A DNA stretch of 63,119 nt, filler included, from Octopus bimaculoides (lineage: Eukaryota): NCBI RefSeq assembly GCF_001194135.2. It is 4 parts of 4 records of this genome, joined end to end, with 100 filler letters (N's around TTAATTAATTAA, not from the genome) between each part and the next. Parts side by side here need not be neighbours in the genome. Positions count along the whole stretch, not along the records: positions 1 to 15,980 come from NC_068984.1; 3 more parts are not named here. One strand, 5' to 3'. The stretch's first letter is position 1, and every line of letters begins with the position of its first letter. The position numbers and the translations under genes were made by a program. Shown piece after piece: positions 1-12,799 of the stretch. Under the pieces are notes generated by a model. That model had not been told where the DNA came from, did no database searches, and worked only from the letters and a program-made list of their open reading frames with translations.

Positions 1-1232
1 CATAAGAGGTACAGCAATATCAAATGAAGGTTAACTAGGAAGTTAGTTTTTGTATGTGGCAGATGTTCAGGAGCAACAAACACTGAAAATGTGCAGAAAA
101 CAACTCTGGCCACATTCCAGGGAGAAAAACTAGACTTAGTTGATAGCTTCCGCTATCTAGGTGACCAAGTTAGTAGTGGGGGAGGGTGCACTGAAAGTGT
201 AGCTGCTAGAATAAGAATAGCCTGGGCAAAGTTCAGAGAGCTCTTACCTCTGCTGGTGACAAAGGGCCTCTCACTCAGAGTAAAAGGCAGACTCTATGAC
301 GTATGTGTACGAACAGCCATGCTACATGGCAGTGAAACATGGGCTGTGACTGCTGAGGACATGCGTAGGCTCACAATGAATGAAGCCAGTATGCACCAAT
401 GAATGTGTAATGTCAGTGTGCATACTAGACAAAGTGTAGTACCTTAAGAGAAAAATTGAACGTAAGAAGCATCAGTTGTGGTGTGCAAGAGAGACGATTG
501 CGCTGGTATGGTCATGTGGCGAGAATAACTGTGCCACACCCTAGCAGTTGAGGGAAACTGTGGAAGAGGTAGGCCCATGAAGACTTGGGATGAGGTGGTG
601 AGGCACGACCTCCGAACATTGGGCCTCACCGAGGCGATGACTTCCGACTGAGACCTTTGGAAATATGCTGTGCGTGAGAAGACCCGGCAAGCCAAGTGAG
701 ACCTAACTCCAAGGCCTCTGCCATGGGTGTAGCCAGCCCACTTATGCGTTCCTTACTTCATTCGACACTAAACACCGCTTGCAAAGACCTGCTGAGGCAA
801 GTGAAATCAAAATTAAACTAAATTCGACGACTAGCACCCATGCCAACGTCATCTCCTTCATTGGACACAAAACTTAGCTTGCGAAGACCTGTTGGTGCAA
901 GCAAAAGCGAAATTGTGATGGCACCTGGCACTTGTGTCGGTGGCACGTGTAAAGACATTCGAGCAAGATCGTTGCCAGTGCCGCTGGACTGGCTCCTGTG
1001 CAGGTGGCACGTAAAATACACCATTTTGAGCGTGGCCATTGCCATTACCGCTAGACTGGCCTTCGTGCCGGTGGCACGTAAAAGCACCTACTACACTCTC
1101 GGCATCCAGCTGTAGAAACTCTGCCTGATCAGATTGGAGTCTGGTGCAGCCATCTGGTTCATCAGTCGGCAGTCAAATCATCCAACCCATGCTAGCATGG
1201 AAAGCGGACGTTAAACGACAATGATGATGATG
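1..1232 (+). mobile_element. RTE-clade LINE, 5'-truncated: RT C-terminus (1-~700) plus 3' UTR ending in (GAT)n
   Basis: ORF 91-402 reads VDSFRYLGDQVSSGGGC...RIRIAWAKFRELLPLL...KGRLYDVCVRTAMLHGSETW, typical of RTE RT C-termini. Continues in broken frames (RLRWYGHV, GRGRP-KTW). Tail ends ggaaagcggacgttaaacgacaatgatgatgatga. Confidence 0.9.
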
Positions 1233-1236
1233 ATAC

Positions 1237-1272
<36 letters not shown>

Positions 1273-1815
1273 GTATANNNNNNNNNNNNNNNNNNNNNNN
1301 NNNNNNNNNNNNNNNNNNNNNNNNNNNNNNNNNNNNNNNNNNNNNNNNNNNNNNNNNNNNNNNNNNNNNNNNNNNNNNNNNNNNNNNNNNNNNNNNNNNN
1401 NNNNNNNNNNNNNNNNNNNNNNNNNNNNNNNNNNNNNNNNNNNNNNNNNNNNNNNNNNNNNNNNNNNNNNNNNNNNNNNNNNNNNNNNNNNNNNNNNNNN
1501 NNNNNNNNNNNNNNNNNNNNNNNNNNNNNNNNNNNNNNNNNNNNNNNNNNNNNNNNNNNNNNNNNNNNNNNNNNNNNNNNNNNNNNNNNNNNNNNNNNNN
1601 NNNNNNNNNNNNNNNNNNNNNNNNNNNNNNNNNNNNNNNNNNNNNNNNNNNNNNNNNNNNNNNNNNNNNNNNNNNNNNNNNNNNNNNNNNNNNNNNNNNN
1701 NNNNNNNNNNNNNNNNNNNNNNNNNNNNNNNNNNNNNNNNNNNNNNNNNNNNNNNNNNNNNNNNNNNNNNNNNNNNNNNNNNNNNNNNNNNNNNNNNNNN
1801 NNNNNNNNNNNNNNN

Positions 1816-2648
1816 GTATGTGTGTGTTTGTGTAGGGTTGTAGGTGTTGGGTACGTGTGCGTGTGTGTGTGTGTATTTTGTACGTACACGTGTGTGTATG
1901 TGTATGTTTTTGTGCGTGCGTGTGTGTTTGTGTGTATGTGTATGTTGTGTATATGCGCGTTGCTGTGTACGTGTGTTGTTTATGCCCATGTGTGTGTGAT
2001 TGTATGCGTGTCTGTGTGAGTGTGTTGTGTTGGTGAGAAGTGTGTGTGCGTGTGTATGTGGGTGTGTGTGTGTGTATGTGTGTGGATGTGCATGTGTGTG
2101 ATGTTGTGAGTGTTAGGTACGGGTGTGTGTGTGTTTATGTGTGTCCGTGCGCGTGTGTGTATATTTTTTGTGCGTGCGTGTCTGTGTATATTGTGTATGT
2201 TTTCGTGCGTGCGTGTGTGTTGTGTATGTGTATGTGAGAGGTATGTGTGTATGTGTGTGTGCGTGCGTATGTGTGTGAGAGCGTAAGGATGTGTGCCAGG
2301 TATGTGTGTGTGCATGTGTATGTAGGCGTGAGCGTATATATGGGTGTGTGTGTGTGTATCTGTGTGTGTATAGGGCTGTGTAAGGTGTGTGTGTCTCTAC
2401 CACTGTGCGTGTGTGTGTGTATATATGTGCGTTCGTCTATATGTGTGTGTGAGGGCGCGCATGTATGTGGGCGGTATATATGTAAGGTGTGTGTTAGGTG
2501 TATGGGAGGTATGTGTGAATGGGGGTATGTATGGGTTGTCAGGTGTGTGGGAGGTATGTGTGAATGGGGGTATATATGGGTTATGTGTGCAAGGGTGTGT
2601 ATGCTTGGGTGTGTGTGTGTGTGTATGCTTGCGTGATTGTTAGCGTGT
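1816..2648. repeat. Complex (GT/GTAT)n microsatellite block
   Basis: Degenerate TG/TA-rich run between two N gaps; source of many spurious CV/HT-rich ORFs. Confidence 0.95.
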
Positions 2649-3028
2649 NNNNNNNNNNNNNNNNNNNNNNNNNNNNNNNNNNNNNNNNNNNNNNNNNNNN
2701 NNNNNNNNNNNNNNNNNNNNNNNNNNNNNNNNNNNNNNNNNNNNNNNNNNNNNNNNNNNNNNNNNNNNNNNNNNNNNNNNNNNNNNNNNNNNNNNNNNNN
2801 NNNNNNNNNNNNNNNNNNNNNNNNNNNNNNNNNNNNNNNNNNNNNNNNNNNNNNNNNNNNNNNNNNNNNNNNNNNNNNNNNNNNNNNNNNNNNNNNNNNN
2901 NNNNNNNNNNNNNNNNNNNNNNNNNNNNNNNNNNNNNNNNNNATACATTCATATATATACATACATATATATACATACATTCATATATATACATACATAT
3001 ACATACATATATATATATATATATATAC

Positions 3029-3686
3029 ACATCATCATTGTTTAATGTCCGCTTTCCATGCTAGCATGGGTTGGACGATTTGACTGAGGACTGGTGAACC
3101 AGATGGCTACACCAAGCTTCAATCCAATTTGCCAGAGTTTCTACAGCTGGATGCCCTTCCTAACGCCAACCACTCCGAGAGTGTAGTGGGTGCTTTTACG
3201 TGCCACCTGCACAGGAGCCAGTCCAGCGGCACTCAAATATTTTCTAACGTGCCAGTAAGGCGACGCTGGTAACGATCACGCTCAAAGAGTGCTATTTATG
3301 TGCCACTGGCATGGAAGCCAGACAGCTGCTCTAGCAATGATCACGCTTGGATGGTGCTGTTAGTGCTCCACTGGCACAGGTGCCAGTCATCGAATATGCT
3401 TCAATTATAATTTCGATTTCACTTGCTCCAAAAGGTCTCTGCAACCAGAGTTTAGTGTCCAGTGAAGTAAAGATATGAATAAGTGGGCTGGCTACACTTC
3501 TGGCAGAGGCCACAGATTATGGTCTGACTTGGCTTGCCGGATTTTCTCACTCACTGCATACTTCCAAAGGTCCCGGTCACTAGTCATTGCCTCGGTGAGG
3601 CCTAAAGTTTGAAGGTCGTGCTTCACCACCTCATCCCGGGACTTCCTGGTCTACCTCTTCCACAAGTTCCCTCAACTGCTAAGGTA
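3029..3686 (-). mobile_element. RTE LINE 3' end (UTR plus last RT codons)
   Basis: Begins catcatcattgtttaatgtccgctttccatgctagcatggg, the reverse complement of the tail at ~1185-1232, and ends in the reverse complement of the ctagcagttgagggaaactg segment near 540. Confidence 0.85.
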
Positions 3687-3742
<56 letters not shown>

Positions 3743-4062
3743 TATATATACATATAGATATAAACATATATATATATAAACATGTATATATACATATATA
3801 TATACATACATATATATATACATATATATNNNNNNNNNNNNNNNNNNNNNNNNNNNNNNNNNNNNNNNNNNNNNNNNNNNNNNNNNNNNNNNNNNNNNNN
3901 NNNNNNNNNNNNNNNNNNNNNNNNNNNNNCTGGAACCCTCGACGTCGTAAGCGACGGAGTCCCAACAACAACAACATATACACACGTACATATATACATA
4001 CATATATATATATATACACATACATATATACATACGTACATATATACATGCAATGACCAAGA

Positions 4063-4335
4063 CCTTTGGTTTATATGTCATGCTTGAGAAGAAGACCCAT
4101 CAAGCTGAGCAGAACTGCAGTCATGGCAGATACTGGTGTCATGCAAATAACACCCATACTGGTGGCATGTAAGAGCACCCATTACACTCTTGGAGTGGTT
4201 AGCATTAAGAAGAGCATCCAACTGTAGAACCCCATTCCAAATCAGACTGGAGTCTGGTGCAGCTTTCCAGCTTGCCATCCCTGATCAAACCATCCAACCC
4301 ATGCCAGCAAGGACAACGGACATTAAATGATGATA
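4063..4335 (+). mobile_element. RTE 3'-tail fragment or RTE-tailed SINE
   Basis: gcacccattacactcttggagtggttagcattaagaagagcatcc...ccaacccatgccagc...cattaaatgatgat matches the tail family. Confidence 0.75.
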
Positions 4336-4369
4336 ATGTACCTGTGTACTGTTTATATTTTATCTTGCA

Positions 4370-4401
<32 letters not shown>

Positions 4402-4899
4402 ACATACATTTCTACAGCACAACTGCCTATGCCCATCATTATTCACAACTTAGAATTAATCTTATTCTAATTGTGGGCAGAGCCCTTGGTTTCCATCATC
4501 TGTATATAGGCTATCTCATTGGTAATGCTTTCTTGCATATAAGCATTTGTATATAGGCATTTGTATTCTCAAATAAATTACACTTCATATCTGAAGCTCT
4601 GATGAAACTGTAAGGTGTTACTCAGGCACTCAACTATGAGTCCATCACAGCTGTAAGCTAATTAACTTCATATGATAATTGTTTTTTTCCTTTGTCATCT
4701 CTTTTCTTATTACCACTCTGTACTTGACTAATGCTTCATTCAGAGGAATATGTACAATGAGTTCTAAAACAGATTATTAGTATCGCAATGCTTAAGCAAA
4801 ATATTAAAATACATACATAAACACACACACGTTTTTTATTAAGAGCTATAGGTTGTTGAAATTGCACATGCTGCAAGAATAACTCTTTGTCCTGCTGTC

Positions 4900-5995
4900 A
4901 TTGCAGAGAAATGTTTTTCAAGTTCAAGCAATATGTTATCATTAAGTACTTGCTGAAGAATGGGGGTCAAGATGCCTTACATTGACAGGAGGCAAGAAGT
5001 TGTTTACAAAGATGACACCTTGATAAGAGTAATGTGCACAGATGTATGAAGTATAAAGAAGGGGAAAACTGCACTAAAGACAAACCACACAGTAGATCAT
5101 CAACTGTAACCACAACTATGAATTACCTGTGAGTAGACTAACTGATTTGCACAGACAGAAGTGTCACAATCCATGAGTTTGCTGCATAACTGTACAGTAG
5201 TATTACAAAAAATAGTGGAAGACTGTGTGTTTGAAAGTGGGTGCAATGTGTATACTTTGGTAGTTGACACAGAATCTGAAAAAAAGAAGGGTGGAAGGAT
5301 GCTCTGATCAGCTGGAAGAGTTTGAAGCCAATGAAGACATGTTTTATTCTTATCTAGTGACAGGTGATGAAACATGGGTATATCATTATGATCTGAGGGT
5401 AAAAATGGTTTGGTCTGTGGAATGTCCCAACACCACTTGTCTTTGTCTTAAAAAGTTCCAGAGGTAGTAATTGGCCAAAAAAGTCATGGTAACCATTTCT
5501 TGAGATGAAGAGTATAATAAGGCTCATTGATTTTTTTGGAACATAGCTGTGCCATGAACTCTGAGCATTATATTAAAACACCAAAAAAGTTTAGAGAAGC
5601 CTATAGGAGGAAGACATGAGACAAAAATCTGAAAACAATACATTAGGCAATCGGCAAATTGGGTTGGTTAGTAATCCACAGTATATCCCAGATCTAGCAT
5701 CCTCTGACTTCTACTTATTCATTCCGAATGATGAACAATCTTCGGGAAGAAGGATTCTGTGATGCAAATAAAATGAGGGTTGCTGTAAATATGTGGGTGC
5801 TAAAGTGCACACGCAAATCTTTTCAAAAATATTCGACAGTTGACTTCAACGATAGTACAAATGCATTACTTATCAAGAAAATAAATGGGTAATACCCTTG
5901 TGTAGGAGAAGAGCTGCTCTGCCAATTATTGTAATTTGAATGTCAATTAAGAAAAAAATGTCCAGTATAGCAATATTTTTTGTCCAACCCTCGTA
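4900..5995 (+). mobile_element. Decayed mariner (Tc1/mariner) transposon
   Basis: YLVTGDETWVYHYD motif in ORF 5264-5467, followed by frameshifted KVMVT and YIKT-KKFREA segments. 3' end tttttgtccaaccctcgta is a mariner-type TIR plus TA. 5' TIR not recognisable, so the start is approximate. Confidence 0.85.
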
Positions 5996-6286
5996 TACGG
6001 ACGTATACATCCATATGTACATATACACACCCACACACATGCATAAATATATATATGCACACATATTTATATGTCTGTACAGATATACGTATAACTGTAC
6101 AGCTATACAAACATATATATATACACACACATATGTAAGTTGAAGTACTTATAACTACATATAAATGTGTAGACAGATACACACATACACATTCCCAGAT
6201 ACACACTTTCGCATGAGTGTGTGTATACATATATACTCAAGAATATATATATATACATATATCAATGTAGACACGTGTAAATACAG

Positions 6287-6319
<33 letters not shown>

Positions 6320-6387
6320 CGTACACATACACACGTATAATTGTGTAAAAAAAAGCAAGAGGTTATTTTATATAGCTGTGTGTGTGA

Positions 6388-6432
<45 letters not shown>

Positions 6433-7637
6433 CATATATATATACACATATATATATATATACACACACACACACATATATATATATATGATATTTACAA
6501 GTACCCAATATTACAACACCAGTAAAATGGAGAACTTGGAATAATTCACCAGTTAATTCTCCATAATGAAGCTGCAGAATAGATTTCGCCTCTCGCTCAC
6601 ACACACTGCAGAGGAACATTCAACTGTACCAAATACTTCTGCCACAGAAACCTATGGTTTATTTCACATAGAGACAGACATAGGTCTAGTAGTCTTGTAA
6701 CCATACACACACACATACGTAAATATATACACATACATACACAAATATAGATGGACGCAGACATTTATTGCAGATAATGAATGATAGTTTGCACCATCAC
6801 TCTCTTAACACTTCATTCGGGAGAGAGTGTACTACATACATTTAAGAGATGTAACCAATGGTAGAATCGAAGAAAGAATTTTGTTAAAAAGGAAGATTTG
6901 GAATAAATGAGAATGAGTGAGTAGATATATAAACAGATACATATGTGTGTGTGTGTGTGTGTTGTTTAGCCCTAGGGCAGCCCTGACTGACCATCTTCTA
7001 TGCTTAAAGGCCATGCCAGCCGTGATCAGTTTCTTTGAATAGCTGGGGCTACATTCACTGTCCTTCCTTCTTTTGAAGTCAGTAGGCGTGATCGAAGCAA
7101 TATTGACGGCTATTTCTAACAGCTCGAGCTTCTTCGTAGATGCACCTCTCGTAGCTTGTGAATGTATGTATAATATATGTGTGTGTATGGTGCATTATAA
7201 ACAGTAGTAGTAATAGTAGACATCACAGTCAGTAGAGGGTTAGCTAAATAATTAATATAAACCATGGTAAACTCTCCTGCTGCTAGATAGATACTATATA
7301 ATATATACGAACACTACAATATCGACAGACATTACATATTAACGATAGTTACTATGTAATATATACATAAATAGAAATGTAAGTAGGTAGATACTATATA
7401 ATATAGACTGGTTTCTACACGGAGGGGGAGATCGGCGATCTTGCATAAAAAAACACCCAAGATGAAAATAATTATTGTTAATGGATGAGAGATGATGATG
7501 TATTGTTGAATTAACAGCTATATCTGCAAGAAAACCATATTTTGGCCAGTTTGTCAGTAGGAGTGAGAATGAAATCAAAGGGAAAAAAAACAACCAACTG
7601 GTCCCTCACTATATGACCAGTCAGCAGCTATTATATG

Positions 7638-7673
<36 letters not shown>

Positions 7674-7698
7674 CGATTCAACTATATTCCACTCTTAC

Positions 7699-7935
7699 CT
7701 TCTTTGGAAGTCGATGCTTTCTCCTTCTATTTCAGTAATAATGTCGCACTTGGTGGCAATAAAATTTCAACGAATGTCGAAGCTAGTAGTGTTATGAAAC
7801 AAACGACATAGATTGTGTGAAGCGGTAAAGCGTTATAGAATCAAAGATATTAGTTCCTGATAATGTGGGCCATCGCCCTTGCTTTAGTCGTCCATCATAG
7901 GCGGAGACTGTCGGGACGGAGACGAAACCACTTCC
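7699..7935 (-). other. Putative first (non-coding) exon of a divergent minus-strand transcript
   Basis: Consensus donor AAG|GTAAGA at 7699/7698 just downstream of an ETS-like motif in CpG-rich DNA. No long ATG-initiated ORF in the exon. Confidence 0.35.
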
Positions 7936-8900
7936 GCTTTCAAGCAGCAAATGGCGCGCAATTTAGTCTGTAATACTCGATCAACTAGCAAGTTAGTCAA
8001 ACACTACAAGTCATAGAAACTAGTAGTTGTTTTCTGTTCAACACCATTCAACTAGCAATTTTACAATTTAGTCTACACCACTCAACTGGTAACATTCTCG
8101 AGAACTTAAAATATTAGTGAACGAGTAATATTTTGTACTTATTCTGTAATTATTTCTGGTGACTACATTTAATGTTCCTTGCATTAAATGTTTTATCTCT
8201 TACTAAACAATTCTTTCATTTGTCTACGCCTTTCCCATCTTAGCGACCACCTTGAATTAACTTTACGCAACTAGAAAACTTCAGTCAAGTTTGTCTTCGT
8301 TCCTTAACTACGAACAACTCACCTGCGAATTCGACTATTAACTTTTCTTTAGTTTCAACTCGTGGCAACCTCCCATCAATTTAGTCTACTCCACTCAACA
8401 CTAGTAGCCTCACTCAACTAGCATCACCACCTCAATTTAGTCAATATTACTAATTAGTAACTTTCTCTCAATTTTTTCTACACACAACCAGCAACACCTC
8501 CGTTACATTTCATCCACATTAAGTTGCGATTTTCTATCAAACAACACAATCCTTTCATATGCACGTTGTAAAGAAGTGAAATTTTATTTCAACAAAGATT
8601 AGAAAGGGGACGGACAATAGCTTTGGAATTGACTAAGAGTGGTCCACCTCTTCGGTTGCTATAATATGAAACAAATGAAGTCATTCTAATGAAATCTATA
8701 CTTCCCAAAATATATAAATAATTATAGGTAAAGCTATCGGTAGTATACATATTTAGTTCGAAACTTCGTTGTCAAGCAGACGATTTAGTCGTTTTACTGA
8801 AGAAGAAAAAGAAAAAACGATTTAATGTAAACTACGGTAAGAAAATTGGATAGCATTAAAAAAAAACAACAAAGTGATCAACAATAATAGGTATGTATAT
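7900..8900. promoter_or_regulatory. Probable bidirectional housekeeping-type promoter region
   Basis: CpG-retaining island between CpG-depleted flanks. ETS-like CCACTTCCGC (7928-7937) and YY1-like AAATGGCG (7949-7956). Splice donors point away from it on both strands. Confidence 0.45.
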
Positions 8901-9077
8901 ATTAAATATATATACATATACTGCATGTTTATATTACATCTGCCAATTATATATCTATACATCGCCATATAGTTTTCATCACCCGTATTTTCGTTGTGCT
9001 TCAAAATTGTGCTAGGTAAGGAAAGTCATTGTGGAAAATTGTCTTTCGAACATCGTGTAAACTTTATGTAAGAAACA

Positions 9078-9166
9078 ATGTCAGAAAGTGAAATGATGGA
9101 AGATGGTGTAACTATTACTCAGTTGGCATTACATGAACTGGAGGAAGAACTGAAGTGTTCAGTTTG
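9078..9166 (+). CDS. BARD1: First coding exon of a BARD1/BRCA1-type RING protein: MSESEMMEDGVTITQLALHELEEELKCSV(C)
   Basis: In-frame stop just upstream of the ATG; strong donor TG|GTAAGT. The ALxxLExxLxCSxC pattern matches BARD1 (ALDRLEKLLRCSRC), and the phase-2 intron in the second RING cysteine is the position used by human BARD1 and BRCA1. Assumes the next exon completes TGY; that exon was not found in this piece. Confidence 0.6.
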
Positions 9167-9305
9167 GTAAGTTTCCGATTTCCCCACCATTTATTCTCCA
9201 ATAACTTCCATATCTTATATACTTGATTTCTTCTAATTGTCATGCATTTATGTATCTGCATTATACCAATGCTGCCTGTTTCGGTGGCTTTTGTTACCGA
9301 CTGTT

Positions 9306-9351
<46 letters not shown>

Positions 9352-9380
9352 TATATACACACATATACACACACATATAT

Positions 9381-9423
<43 letters not shown>

Positions 9424-9583
9424 TCCATACACACATCTGTGTCGGTGGTCTTTGTGACTCCTCTGCATCTTCCGCATACAAACACTACTTTCTCTGTTAA
9501 TCTTCCCTCTATTATATATATATAAAGCTTCTCTTTAGATATACAGGAATACACACGGAATTCCAAATCCAATTTAAATCACA

Positions 9584-9635
<52 letters not shown>

Positions 9636-10401
9636 CAGATATTCGTATTATAGTCGGCGTTTCATTTGGTTGGACATGACGGTTAGGTAGGTTACACAGT
9701 ACAAATAGAAAGCAAACTGAAAGAAGAGTTTGTTCATCAACTGGGTTTACATATTGACATGTACAATGTATTTATTATGCTACAGAAATTACTCTTGCTG
9801 CTCTGAGTTTCGCGAGTGCCCTTGCTGCAGCTTGTGCAATGTTTACACACACAGACGATATACACCCACACGTATAATATACACGTGTATGGTATACACC
9901 CACACATACATTTATATAAACACAAAACACATAACCATTACATATGATTCACGCTAACATATGTATATATAATTATTCTTTTGGTTTGTGATCCTAAAAT
10001 GAAAGTGGGAATATTGACACTTCTGCGATGAACATGCGGTCGTCACAAATAGGCACTTTTAATGTTTTATTATATTTTTTCCTCAAAATTTCGTTGGATA
10101 TCTTTTTCAATAACGTAGATTACGATTGTACTAAAAAGACAAAAGTACTTTCCAATTGTTTGATTTACAATCCCTTTGTTTTTAACTTCTAATTTTCAAT
10201 TCTTTTTTTCTTCTTGTGTTGGGTAATGGTGATGATTTCTCGTTTAAAAGCACAGAGATTGGTTCTGAAAAATTATTTCTTTCAAAATTTCAATTTGTTA
10301 ATGTTTACAATATTATTTCACTACATACATTTTGCGATTATAAATCGAATGTCATGTATGTAGGTAGATAGGTAGGTTTGTATGTGTCTATCTCATAATC
10401 A

Positions 10402-11210
10402 TTTAACGTCTTTTTTCCAACTTGGCATGGGTTGGATGCTAGAAGTCACACCAGATTCCACAGTCTGCTTTGGCTTGGCTTCTACAGCTGGATGCCCTTC
10501 CTAACGCCAACCACTGTACGGTATACTGGGTGTTTTCTGCGTGGCGCCATCACCACTGCTCTTTATATGGCACCTTGGTTTTATGATATCAATTGGTGGC
10601 CAGGTTTTCTTGATGCAGCAATATGCCATATATTTGGTCCTCTATCATCTCCTTTGCAAGGCTCAGCGTTTTGAGATCGGCCTTAAATACTTCGCCCCAT
10701 GTCTTCTTGGGTCTCCCTCTTTCACAACTTCCCTCCGCTCTAAGTGATTGACACTTGTTTATGCCCTCATCCTTCCACATCATGTGACCAAACCTGCTCA
10801 GTCTCCTCTCTTGCGCACTGCATATTATTATTCTTACGCTTAACTTTTCTCTCAATACACTAGTGCTCTGTCACACATGTACACTGACATTGCACATCCA
10901 GTGGAGCATACCAGCTTATTTCTTCTCCAGTCTCTGCAATCAGGGCCCATATCTCATTACCATGTAGCATTGCAGTCTGTACACATGCATCATACCTTCT
11001 TCCTTTTACTCGGAGAGAGAGACCTTTGGTTGCCATCAGAGGTAAAAGCTTTGAACTTTCTCCATCCTATTCTTATTCTAGCAATTAACTTCCCACTATT
11101 CCACTGCACCTCTTGTGAATCCATAGCTTGCACTGGGAATTTCTGTCTGCATGCTTCCTACATATTTAGCAAAACCATTTACCTGAGTGGTCCCAAACGA
11201 CTTTTTGCTT
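10402..11210 (-). mobile_element. Decayed RTE LINE 3' portion
   Basis: Minus ORF 10589-10855 reads ERRLSRFGHMMWKDEG...EGSCERGRPKKTWGEV; tail starts near 10402 (tcatttaacgtc). Confidence 0.85.
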
Positions 11211-11668
11211 ACTAGGGCCTTAGTTTTTGCTTAGTTAATTTTAAGACCTTTTGATTCCAAATTCTGTTTCCACATCTGGAATTTCTTTTCTAATTTTACT
11301 ACAGATTCTGCTACAAGGGCTTTATCCTCACACAGGTATATATTGTATGTATATATGCAATTGTATGTCCTATATATATNNNNNNNNNNNNNNNNNNNNN
11401 NNNNNNNNNNNNNNNNNNNNNNNNNNNNNNNNNNNNNNNNNNNNNNNNNNNNNNNNNNNNNNNNNNNNNNNNNNNNNNNNNNNNNNNNNNNNNNNNNNNN
11501 NNNNNNNNNNNNNNNNNNNNNNNNNNNNNNNNNNNNNNNNNNNNNNNNNNNNNNNNNNNNNNNNNNNNNNNNNNNNNNNNNNNNNNNNNNNNNNNNNNNN
11601 NNNNNNNNNNNNNNNNNNNNNNNNNNNNNNTGTATACATATATTTATGTATATATATATATATACATA

Positions 11669-11705
<37 letters not shown>

Positions 11706-11708
<3 letters not shown>

Positions 11709-11800
11709 CCTGGTGTTGCCATCCGGTTTCACCAGTCCTCAATCAAATCGTCCAACCCATGCTAGCATGGAAAGCGGACGTTAAACGATGATGATGATGA
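11706..11800 (+). mobile_element. Isolated RTE tail ending in (GAT)n
   Basis: gagcctggtgttgccatccggtttcaccagtcc...ggaaagcggacgttaaacgatgatgatgatg. Confidence 0.8.
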
Positions 11801-11809
11801 TATAAATGA

Positions 11810-12420
11810 ACAATATCATCAATACACACAAAGTCCTTAAATGCAAAAGGCAACACAAATCTTTGAAAAAAACTCTTAACCAATGCCAAACTACATACAC
11901 CACTTCCACCCCCATCAGTTAAAAAATGTGCACGCCCTAATTGTAATACCTGCCTCTACCTACTTGAAGGCTCTGAATTTACCTTCAAACGAAGGTAAAT
12001 CAAAACCAATTTCTCTTGTTCCTCTGGGAACCTCATTTATGTCCTAAATTCCTTATATTCCCTTTCTATCAATGTAAAGACAGAATCTCCACACAAGAAG
12101 GAATCAACTAGGAGAATCTTATCATAGAGAAATTCCTACCACTTCTTAACACACAAACCACTCAGTGACCATATTTCTCTAAGAACAGACATAAACTGTT
12201 GACAAAGTGTCCAGAACTCCAACTAAAGAGTATAAAACCTACAGAATTGTCTTCCCTAACACACACTTCCTGTTTTGACACCACACTTCCTGCTCAACAC
12301 ATAAACCTTCAGCTCCTGTTCTTTTTTAAATCCTAACACAACTCTCAATTTCAAGCATCCTAATTTTTCCAACTATTATCTACATGGATTACCATTGAAC
12401 TTTAAAAGCTCAAAGACAAT
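11810..12420 (+). mobile_element. Penelope-like element relic (GIY-YIG region)
   Basis: Translates as KKCARPNCNTCLYLLEGSEFTFK...TNFSC...GNLIYV and ENLIIEKFLPLLN, the Cys-linker and C-terminal motifs of Penelope endonucleases. Confidence 0.65.
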
Positions 12421-12594
12421 ATAATGTATTGGTATATTTATTTTTTTATATATTATTTTTTACTTTTTTGTAAAAAACATTTTCATTCTCCCTCTTCTTG
12501 AAAATTTGCCATGCAATGAAAGCCGGTTAGAAATCTATATTAAAATACGCTTTCAGTTTAGCATTCTGCCTTTTTATTATTTTTCATTTTCCTA

Positions 12595-12673
<79 letters not shown>

Positions 12674-12799
12674 ATGTATTTGTTTATCCCCCACAACTGC
12701 TTGACAACCAGTGTTATGTCCCTGTAACTTAATGATTTGGCAAGAAAGGCCAATGGAATAAGTACTGGGTGTACCGTAGCATGGCCACTGTCTAACAAC

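Noticed and set aside
1173-3083. Long ORFs rich in YI/HT/CV or X throughout the supplied track (also 21119-22397, 41459-42376, 54855-56191)
   Set aside because: They are translations of (TA)n, (CA)n and (GT)n microsatellites and N gaps, not genes.
9783-9860. Cys-rich stretch (YSCCSEFRECPCCSLC) after a ctacag acceptor, as the next RING exon
   Set aside because: Joining to the phase-2 donor at 9166 gives TGA, and the Cys spacing does not fit a RING domain.
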